A stretch of DNA of 64,000 nt from a virus: IMG/VR virus record IMGVR_UViG_3300034102_001514, positions 61,806 through 125,805 of that record. The stretch is one strand, 5' to 3'. The translations under genes were made by a program, and so were the position numbers. The notes beneath the pieces were generated by a model, which ran no database searches, was not told the origin of the DNA, and worked only from the letters and a program-made list of their open reading frames with translations. Shown one piece after another: positions 18,781-26,109 of the stretch. Position 1 is the stretch's first letter. Each line of letters opens with the position of its first letter.

Positions 18781-18893
18781 TTTAATTTATTCAAAACCTT
18801 ATTGTTGTTAAGCATTCTTTTTTCAAACTTTAATCGGGTTTTTTTACTCGTTGGCTTTGATGGTGCCAATCTTTTTTTTGGTGACTTTGCCAT
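18777..18893 (-). CDS. 38-aa basic peptide
   Basis: Manual translation MAKSPKKRLAPSKPTSKKTRLKFEKRMLNNNKVLNKLK. ATGA overlap with the next gene. Confidence 0.6.
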   Translation of the reverse strand: MAKSPKKRLAPSKPTSKKTRLKFEKRMLNNNKVLNKLK

Positions 18894-18894
18894 C

Positions 18895-19038
18895 TTATCT
18901 ACCTTGCCCTCTATATTTTTTCTTGTAATTTTTTGAGGACTTTGAGTGTGATGTTTTTGTCTTTGAGTGAACTCCGGGTCTACTTACTTTTGAGCTACCT
19001 CGGAATGAAATTGTTGTTTGGGCTTTGATTTTAGCCAT
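18895..19038 (-). CDS. 47-aa basic peptide ending KKYRGQGR
   Basis: Manual translation MAKIKAQTTISFRGSSKVSRPGVHSKTKTSHSKSSKNYKKKYRGQGR. The C-terminal motif recurs in T4-like phages. Confidence 0.75.
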   Translation of the reverse strand: MAKIKAQTTISFRGSSKVSRPGVHSKTKTSHSKSSKNYKKKYRGQGR

Positions 19039-19053
19039 TTCATATCTCCTGTT

Positions 19054-19872
19054 TTATAGATTGATTTTTTTCACAACTACTTTTATCCTCGGAGTTCTAC
19101 CCTCTGGAAGTTTATTCACAACTCCGTGAAACTTTTCTACCTTACTTTCAAAGAAATTTAATTCCAATACTAAATCAGTAAGGTTTAACATCAATTGAGA
19201 TGAAGTAAACATTTTTAGGGTGTCTCTTCTCATATTGAGAGGTGAATCTTGTTTATACAATTGTTTTCTTAAACCTTGTAAAATCTCAATAGCGTCTTCA
19301 ACGCCGTCTACCACTTTTTCAGCAGACATCTTTCTGATTTTGGATGATAAATAATCCGGACCTTCGGTGTATCCAGCATCACCATAATGGTATCCGTGGT
19401 TTGTTCTTGCAAAGTTTTCGGAGTCAATATCTCTAACATCAATTTTAGGTGAGTGTTTAGAAGTCATTTCAACTGAAATTACTTTTTGTGGAGTTCCAAT
19501 CAAAGTGTGACCTTTTACACCACTATCACCTTTTACTACTTGAACAAGTGTGTCTTTAAGTGTTTTCTTTGAAAGTGCTTCTCTAATTTTTGCACCATCC
19601 TTTGAAGGTTTACCACCCTTTTTTACAATCTTCTTTTCATTTTCATCATATCCAACCATAAGAGCTGTATTGAGAATACCAATACCATACTCATTCATCC
19701 CTTCGGACCAATCGGTAATGGTATCTCGTAGATATGCTACTTCAACCCCATCAATAATCTCGTGAACCACTTCAAGTTCAGGTTTATAAGCCCTGTCTCG
19801 GTTCTTCGCCATGATAAGAGTATCACCAACCCTCTTGGCTACTATGATACATTCGTTGAGTAGATTTTTCAT
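19054..19872 (-). CDS. N-terminal-nucleophile (Ntn) hydrolase-like protein (C45/NRDE-like)
   Basis: CIIVAK...IMAKNRDR, WSEGMNEYGIGILNTAL and ARTNH. Cys preceded by a 7-aa MKNLLNE leader. Confidence 0.72.
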   Translation of the reverse strand: MKNLLNECIIVAKRVGDTLIMAKNRDRAYKPELEVVHEIIDGVEVAYLRDTITDWSEGMNEYGIGILNTALMVGYDENEKKIVKKGGKPSKDGAKIREALSKKTLKDTLVQVVKGDSGVKGHTLIGTPQKVISVEMTSKHSPKIDVRDIDSENFARTNHGYHYGDAGYTEGPDYLSSKIRKMSAEKVVDGVEDAIEILQGLRKQLYKQDSPLNMRRDTLKMFTSSQLMLNLTDLVLELNFFESKVEKFHGVVNKLPEGRTPRIKVVVKKINL

Positions 19873-19876
19873 ACCT

Positions 19877-19884
19877 ATAAATAT
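19877..19884 (-). promoter_or_regulatory. putative phage late-type promoter motif (ATATTTAT)
   Basis: 4 nt upstream of the ATG at 19872. Confidence 0.45.
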
Positions 19885-20282
19885 CAGTTAAGAGCGTCTT
19901 CCAATGATTTTTTTAGGGCTACTGAAAACTCGGTTCTTTCAAATGGTAATTCTTCATCTTGTAATTGCATTAAGGTAGCAGCCACATTTGTTTTTGCCTT
20001 ACCAATACCATAATACTCTTTACCATTCATTACCACTTTGGTTTTTACAACAGTCTTTTTTGACTTAAATTCAAATGGTCCAATCTGAATACCTGTGGTT
20101 GGAGCATCTACTGAAATGATAGTCACTTCTACGGGCTTACCACCATCACAAAGTGAGTATTTCTGACCAACCAACTCGGTTGTAATTTGTCTTGCACCAA
20201 AGGTTAGTTTTTCAGCCGGAACTCCTGGTAAACTTGCTAATGAAATTACCGATGAAATAAAATAACATACCACTGCGTTCAT
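19884..20282 (-). CDS. small CsgG/HfaB-fold-like protein
   Basis: LTFGARQITTELV, a beta-hairpin, GIGKAK and FSVALKKSLEDA parallel the layout of the 24694-25434 protein. Confidence 0.45.
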   Translation of the reverse strand: MNAVVCYFISSVISLASLPGVPAEKLTFGARQITTELVGQKYSLCDGGKPVEVTIISVDAPTTGIQIGPFEFKSKKTVVKTKVVMNGKEYYGIGKAKTNVAATLMQLQDEELPFERTEFSVALKKSLEDALN

Positions 20283-21445
20283 TGTATTCTCCTTGCGTTT
20301 GGACTTGTTTGATTTCTATGCTTGCCAGTTCCCATAATATAAAATTGATTTTGATTTTGAATTGTTCTATTTTGGGATGGAAAGTATGTGTTATAATAAT
20401 TAGTTGTTGGATTAGCTTCTATGGTAGTTTTTTCTGATTGAGTGAAAATATATTTGTTATGTAATGAATTTGATTTCAACAATGTATAACAAAAGTTTAT
20501 ATCATCCCAACTAAAAGTTGATGAGTTATTACAATCACAAGTATAGAAATCCCAACTTTGTAAATCATTTGGAAATGCTTTCATATACATCATATAAATC
20601 ATATCATTATCAGTAATAGTATGAAACTTTTGAGATACATCAATACTGACTCTATATTGTTTGTTAGATGGGTTGGATACTACAACTTGCCCATTTACAT
20701 TTGTGTTTTGAGTTGATACCACAGCCCAATTCCCTTGGGTTTGTGAGGTTGTAAATTTAAAAGAAGTTCCAGCCACATAACTTGTAGTTGTAATATAATT
20801 AACACCTAACCAAGCAGTTCCGCTTGAAATACCCATCTGCTCTTGGTTTGAACCATCAGCAGTGAATGCTCTCATAACCACATAAAATTCAGTTGGTTGA
20901 TTTTTTAAAAAATACAAATCCCATATTACATTAACACCGCTCTGATTGTACCTACAATTACCTTCGTACCTAACTCTAAACACATCACCCCAAGTCACAT
21001 CGGTATAGGTTTCAGTTGAAACTTTAGACATATTATTATCAGTAGCTCCATTATCAACTGAAGTAATGTGAATTGTAGGAACGGTTGGATTGGTTGCGTT
21101 TCCTTGATAACCTGAGCTACTTGTTGTTCCAAAACCAAACCACGAATTTGAATTAACGTGACCTTGGGTGTAAATAGTTGAACCTATTGTTGGAGTAAAT
21201 CCGCTTGGAAATGTTACTGCGGCTGACGCCTCATCGGAGTTTGCGGTACTGAACAACGTAGTTCCCCCAGCCCCTCTATCCGCTGGAATATATAGTGTTT
21301 GTGATTGAACTGTTCCTGTTAATCCACCTGCGGTAAAATGTTCTACTGTAATTGGAATACCACTAACATCCTGTGTTCCGATTGGAGTCAGAGTTATAGT
21401 TTGTGCTGCTACATTTAGGGGTAATATGATGAACCACCATTTCAT
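20279..21445 (-). CDS. secreted protein: beta-sandwich chassis with inserted NIDO-like domain and dockerin-like repeat
   Basis: Signal peptide. FPSGFTPTIGSTIYTQGHVNSNSWFGFG is NIDO-like. DCNNSSTFSWDD is an EF-hand/dockerin-like loop. Confidence 0.6.
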   Translation of the reverse strand: MKWWFIILPLNVAAQTITLTPIGTQDVSGIPITVEHFTAGGLTGTVQSQTLYIPADRGAGGTTLFSTANSDEASAAVTFPSGFTPTIGSTIYTQGHVNSNSWFGFGTTSSSGYQGNATNPTVPTIHITSVDNGATDNNMSKVSTETYTDVTWGDVFRVRYEGNCRYNQSGVNVIWDLYFLKNQPTEFYVVMRAFTADGSNQEQMGISSGTAWLGVNYITTTSYVAGTSFKFTTSQTQGNWAVVSTQNTNVNGQVVVSNPSNKQYRVSIDVSQKFHTITDNDMIYMMYMKAFPNDLQSWDFYTCDCNNSSTFSWDDINFCYTLLKSNSLHNKYIFTQSEKTTIEANPTTNYYNTYFPSQNRTIQNQNQFYIMGTGKHRNQTSPNARRIQ

Positions 21446-21446
21446 T

Positions 21447-22436
21447 TCAATAACTTAAAGTAGATTGATTATTATATCCTGGTGATAATAAATAGAAATT
21501 AGAAGTTCCTCCCGATGTTGGAGTAAATGTATAGTTTGTTGTTAGTCCGGGTATGGTGTTTCTTAAATCTGATGTACCCGTATTTAGGGAAGTCCATTGT
21601 GAGTTTGTGAATAATAATGTTGACTTTGTGAATGGTGTTCCATTTATTCTATCAGCAACTATACACACATCCCCAACCGTAAGTTTACCATCATTATTCA
21701 AATCGTACTTATGGTAATGAAAAGGCTTTAATGCTGTCTTTCCTAATACCACATCACCCGGTCCATCAAAGTCTGAAATAGATGGGTTTGTAGATACTGT
21801 TGGAACTACTACCTCAATATACCACTCCACCGAAGGATTCGTTGGTCTACTAAAAGAATACTGACCACTAGCATTTGTAACCGAAGTAGCATCTAAAGTC
21901 CAAGCCGTTGTTGTAACAATGTATTCAAATTCTAATACATAAGGTAGTGAAAAATTGTTTGGTAAATCATTCCATCTACCCCCACCAACAAATTGTACAT
22001 AGTCTTCATTACCCACGTTGTTGGGCTCTCCAGGATTCCAAGAAGAATATGAATAAGTCTCTCCGGTTACCCATCTCCAAACACCTTCAGTAACTTCATC
22101 AGTTAAACCTATCCACCCAGAAGGCCATAAATTAAATATAAAATTATTTTCAGCAGCTGAAGTTACCGTTACAAGGTGGCCACCCATTGCTTCACAGTTT
22201 GCTTTCGCCGTAGACCAGAACGCATTACCGGTTGAGCGGTAGTAGGAGTGTCCGTTGTAGTTCTGCTGATTTGTAAATCCGGTTATCACCGGAGTAACTC
22301 TTTTGTATAGGTTTACTGTTACGCCTGGTATTCCGGTTCCCACATCAGTTCTAATAGTGCCAGAATGAGTAAAATTTTGCCCTAAAAGAGATAAGGGTAG
22401 AATTAGTAGGATTAGTATTTTTGATTTAAAAATCAT
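21447..22436 (-). CDS. secreted C-type lectin domain protein with dockerin-like repeat
   Basis: Signal peptide. C-type lectin: YNGHSYY...AKANCEAMGGHLVTVTSAAEN, WIGLTD, WNPGEPNN, WND. Dockerin-like: YDLNNDGKLTVGDV. Confidence 0.85.
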   Translation of the reverse strand: MIFKSKILILLILPLSLLGQNFTHSGTIRTDVGTGIPGVTVNLYKRVTPVITGFTNQQNYNGHSYYRSTGNAFWSTAKANCEAMGGHLVTVTSAAENNFIFNLWPSGWIGLTDEVTEGVWRWVTGETYSYSSWNPGEPNNVGNEDYVQFVGGGRWNDLPNNFSLPYVLEFEYIVTTTAWTLDATSVTNASGQYSFSRPTNPSVEWYIEVVVPTVSTNPSISDFDGPGDVVLGKTALKPFHYHKYDLNNDGKLTVGDVCIVADRINGTPFTKSTLLFTNSQWTSLNTGTSDLRNTIPGLTTNYTFTPTSGGTSNFYLLSPGYNNQSTLSY

Positions 22437-23250
22437 AATTACACCCTATTGAAAATATATACGGAGTTGCTTTACGGAACCCAAGATTTTTATCTGAAAT
22501 AGAGTATGTATAACAACTTCTAATTTTAGTACCAAGTATAAATTTTTCAGTCAGTTTATATTTTAATGAAGCTCCATAGTAGGCATTAAGATTGAAGTCA
22601 TCCCAATACCAGATGTCTAACGCACCTTCAAATCCATCTAAATTAAAGTAGTGAGTTCTTATAGAAGACAGTAAAAATACTTCAGGTCCTACTACAAATC
22701 TACCATATTCAAAGTCTTTCATTCCAATCAACATAATACTATACTTTGTGTATGATGCTGCCGGATAAAATTCATCAAACAAATAAAAATCATCGTGCGT
22801 ATTATCTCTGATGAAGAAAGTGTATCCAAGTTTGGTATTATCTTTAAACTTGTAAATTTGATTAAAGTATGGACTTATTGCTACAGCAGAATGGTCAGCA
22901 AATGCCGATATTGTAATTCCGTATGATGTGGTTCTATCTACATTTTTAACAGTTTTAACTCTACTATGACTATATCCAACTTTGGTGTATTTAAAGAAGG
23001 GAGTATTGGATACAAACACTCCGTTTGTTATATTATGCTTACCCCATTCATAGGTTAAGTTATAACTCAATATACTCATATCACCTAATAAACCAACTGA
23101 TATATTAGAGCTACTCATAATATCAGTATCAAAATCAATATATTGTATTGAAGTTATATCTGATATTGTTTGTGTATTCTCCGAAGTTTGAGAATAAGTC
23201 TGAATTGATACTAATAGTATAAAAATCGGAGTTAAAACAAACTTTTTCAT
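22426..23250 (-). CDS. putative outer-membrane beta-barrel protein
   Basis: Signal peptide, alternating aromatic beta-strands, and C-terminal FSIGCNYDF (BAM-type terminal Phe). Confidence 0.6.
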   Translation of the reverse strand: MKKFVLTPIFILLVSIQTYSQTSENTQTISDITSIQYIDFDTDIMSSSNISVGLLGDMSILSYNLTYEWGKHNITNGVFVSNTPFFKYTKVGYSHSRVKTVKNVDRTTSYGITISAFADHSAVAISPYFNQIYKFKDNTKLGYTFFIRDNTHDDFYLFDEFYPAASYTKYSIMLIGMKDFEYGRFVVGPEVFLLSSIRTHYFNLDGFEGALDIWYWDDFNLNAYYGASLKYKLTEKFILGTKIRSCYTYSISDKNLGFRKATPYIFSIGCNYDF

Positions 23251-24704
23251 AACATCATCTTCGTACCGGTCATTACTTGATAATTTAAAATTTCAGCACC
23301 CAACTGATAAGCACCACTAAAAGATACACTCCATTTGAATTTATCAGTTAGTTTAAAATCCATATTTGTTAGAGGAACTAATATGAATCCGGACTTATAC
23401 CATTGGCCCTCATAATAAAAGACATACGGACTATAAATACCTAATAACATTATATTAGAACTAAATGACTTACCACCTTTGAAATTTGTAAATGTCCCAC
23501 CTACCAAAGATAGGTTTTGGAAATCACTTTTACCCAATGAACCAAATGTATAGTTTAAACCCAACAACCAAGTCATAGGACCCGTCTTTTGGGCGTTTAA
23601 GAATGAGCCGGTATTAAACCAATCAGTTTGAAAGTTAGTCATAATAGAGTTGGAAAACACTCCCATATAACCTTTTGCTTTAAAACTACCATACAAGGTT
23701 AGGTTAGCCACATTCTCTCCGGTCTGATAGTTGAATGCAGCGCCCTTGATAAAGTTTTGTTTTGTGTTAACGTGAGTTAGTGATAGGTTTACTTTTAAAT
23801 TGTCTTTGCCCGTATCTTGGATATTTGCTGAGTTTCTAATCACAACAATATCACCCGCACCAATTAAAGCACCTCTTGCAATACGTTCTTGTTTGGATTT
23901 GGATTTACCACCACCTCCACCACCACCTTCGGATGATGATGACTCCGACTCACCACCACTTGCGGTTGTTGTAGAACTTTCACCCACAGCACCTTGTTCG
24001 GCTCCACCACCTTCGGTTGAACCACCACCGCCGGAAGATGGTAATGAACCACCACCACCTTCGCCTTGTCCCGATGCGGGTTGTCCACCGCCGGAGCCAC
24101 CACCACCAGATGGAGTTCCACCGCCCGAACCGCTACCGCCGGTTGAACCGCCACCAGAACCACCACCACTTGATGAACTACCGCCGCCGGTTGGTGGTTT
24201 TGTTCCGCCACCGGAACCAGTACCACCTGATGTAGATGAATTACCACCGGCTCCGTTTTCACCGGGGTCTCCACCGCCGGAACCACCACCCATATCACCA
24301 CCCATACCACCACCGATATTTCCAGCAGCACCTGAAGCGGAACCGCTTACTGAAGTGGCTATACCAACAATGTTTGTGATGTTTATTGCGGAGTTTGTTC
24401 CAATCGCAGCATTTGAATTGTTTGCGTTTTGCCCACCATTACCCGAACAAGGGTTTGAACCCGGTGGAAATTGAGCGTTAATAGCAGCAACCCACGTTTC
24501 ATACGCTCCGGCTTGTAATTGAGCTGCTGTAAAAGTTTGATATTGACCAGCGTAGAAAAGCGTGACTGAACCGCTGGGTTGTGAGATTGTAACTGTGTTT
24601 AATATCCCTGTACAGGGGTCGGTGTAACTATACTGATATGTTTGTGCAGTTACACCAAAACCCAATACAAGAAATAGAAAAATTATCCAATGTTTACCAT
24701 CCAT
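23247..24704 (-). CDS. secreted Gly/Ser-rich protein with C-terminal beta-barrel-like domain
   Basis: Signal peptide, Cys-containing N-domain (YTDPC...NPC), ~150-aa GGS/GGT low-complexity tract and amphipathic beta-strand C-terminal half. Confidence 0.7.
   Translation of the reverse strand: MDGKHWIIFLFLVLGFGVTAQTYQYSYTDPCTGILNTVTISQPSGSVTLFYAGQYQTFTAAQLQAGAYETWVAAINAQFPPGSNPCSGNGGQNANNSNAAIGTNSAINITNIVGIATSVSGSASGAAGNIGGGMGGDMGGGSGGGDPGENGAGGNSSTSGGTGSGGGTKPPTGGGSSSSGGGSGGGSTGGSGSGGGTPSGGGGSGGGQPASGQGEGGGGSLPSSGGGGSTEGGGAEQGAVGESSTTTASGGESESSSSEGGGGGGGKSKSKQERIARGALIGAGDIVVIRNSANIQDTGKDNLKVNLSLTHVNTKQNFIKGAAFNYQTGENVANLTLYGSFKAKGYMGVFSNSIMTNFQTDWFNTGSFLNAQKTGPMTWLLGLNYTFGSLGKSDFQNLSLVGGTFTNFKGGKSFSSNIMLLGIYSPYVFYYEGQWYKSGFILVPLTNMDFKLTDKFKWSVSFSGAYQLGAEILNYQVMTGTKMML
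23910..24330. repeat. low-complexity (CCA/CCG)n tract encoding poly-Gly/Ser
   Basis: Dense ccaccaccg/ccgccacca runs with local GC elevation. Confidence 0.8.
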
Positions 24705-25434
24705 TTTGTTCCATACGCTTGATGAGGTTCATTGTAGCAACCTCCAAAGCGCGTTGTGTAGAGATACCTACGGTAGAGTTATCAAATCCCATAGTTGGAT
24801 TTTTAAAATAACCCTCACCAACTTGAGTAGATGTTCCTTGACCCGATGCTACAATATATTGTGAATTATCCACATTTACCATGCGGATTTGAATACCAAT
24901 AATTGTAGTGTTGGTCTTACTCAATTTACCCTTGTCGTAAGTTTCAGCGTAAGATACTGAAAAGTCATAGATTTCAGCATACACAATATACTTTGGCAAT
25001 ACCACAGAACCAACATTTAATTTTGTTTTACCATCACCAAGACCTTGTAAGTCTTTTTCCCAAGTATCCAACATTTGGTTTACAATGGCTTCTTTTTCTT
25101 CAGCATAAGTAAACCTGTTAGTTACCTCAAGGTTCTCTACAATACGATTAGAAACACCCATACCAACTCGTTTATCACGCAGTTCAGGAAACATATCCCA
25201 AAGTTCTTTATTTACATTAAGATTAGCAAGTTGAACTACTTGTTTTTCACCAGTATAAGCTGATAATGTATTTAATGGTTGCGATTGTTCAAACTCGGCT
25301 TTGTATGCTTCCGTAGAAATAGATGACTTACAAGAAGTAGCCATCGTTCCTACAAGTACCATACCGCCTATTACTACTAATATTCCTAGAGGTGCGAAGA
25401 TAAGTTCTAAAATTTCATCTTTACGAGTTCTCAT
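24694..25434 (-). CDS. CsgG/HfaB-family (curli secretion channel-like) lipoprotein
   Basis: Lipobox-like ATSC after a hydrophobic stretch. GMGVSNRIVENLEVTNRFTYAE, YIVYAEIYDFS and IGIQIRMVNVDNSQYIVASGQG match the CsgG fold. Confidence 0.75.
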   Translation of the reverse strand: MRTRKDEILELIFAPLGILVVIGGMVLVGTMATSCKSSISTEAYKAEFEQSQPLNTLSAYTGEKQVVQLANLNVNKELWDMFPELRDKRVGMGVSNRIVENLEVTNRFTYAEEKEAIVNQMLDTWEKDLQGLGDGKTKLNVGSVVLPKYIVYAEIYDFSVSYAETYDKGKLSKTNTTIIGIQIRMVNVDNSQYIVASGQGTSTQVGEGYFKNPTMGFDNSTVGISTQRALEVATMNLIKRMEQNGW

Positions 25435-25829
25435 TACTTACCAGCTTCCTTGGCTTCTTTTTCAGCTTTTAGTCTTGCAACTCTTTCAGCAATTGTTTCC
25501 TTTTTTTCAACCACAGGAGCAGCAGCTGCCGCAGGTTGTTGAGCAGGAACTTCTCTGATGATTTCTCTTGTATGAGTACCACCGCCTGAATTACTTTGCT
25601 GTTGAGTGTTATTATTTTCAAGGTTAATAACCACAGGAGCTGCAGCAGGTTGTTGTTGAAACTGTTGAACTTGTTCAGTTTTTACATCGGACTCTTCTTC
25701 TACACCAAAAATTTTATTGATGTTTGTACTTGCCCAGATTCCAAAACCTGTAACAGCGGTTCCAGCTATGCCGAGGATGGTCTTTTTAAGACCTGATAAT
25801 CCACCTTCTTGTTGTTCTTCTGACATCAC
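25434..25829 (-). CDS. membrane-anchored low-complexity protein
   Basis: N-terminal TM (ILGIAGTAVTGFGIWA) followed by a Q/A/P-rich tail. Confidence 0.75.
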   Translation of the reverse strand: MMSEEQQEGGLSGLKKTILGIAGTAVTGFGIWASTNINKIFGVEEESDVKTEQVQQFQQQPAAAPVVINLENNNTQQQSNSGGGTHTREIIREVPAQQPAAAAAPVVEKKETIAERVARLKAEKEAKEAGK

Positions 25830-25846
25830 TTCTTCCTTATTTTAAA

Positions 25847-26095
25847 TTAACCTAATTCTTCTTCATCTTTTTTCTTGCCACCGAAAATCTTTCCAGCTTC
25901 AGCAATACCAAAAGCGCCTAAAGTAATCATTACGAATGAATTGAAAATAGTGTCAGAGATGATTAGCTGTTGACCCATAATACCTGTTACTACATCAGCG
26001 CCGGCGAAGATAGCCATAACTGAAAATGACAAAAATCCCACGATTGTTTTTTCATTAAAATCGTTTTTGTCTTTAAAAATGTCACTAAATGCCAT
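25847..26095 (-). CDS. small two-TM membrane protein (holin-like)
   Basis: Two TM helices and a charged C-terminus. Near the endolysin. Confidence 0.55.
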   Translation of the reverse strand: MAFSDIFKDKNDFNEKTIVGFLSFSVMAIFAGADVVTGIMGQQLIISDTIFNSFVMITLGAFGIAEAGKIFGGKKKDEEELG

Positions 26096-26109
26096 ATTTT
26101 TCCTTTTTA

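Noticed and set aside
23800-24474. 224-aa Pro-rich plus-strand ORF and the alternative-frame 23864-24331 ORF
   Set aside because: Shadows of the Gly-rich (GGN)n tract of the real minus-strand gene.
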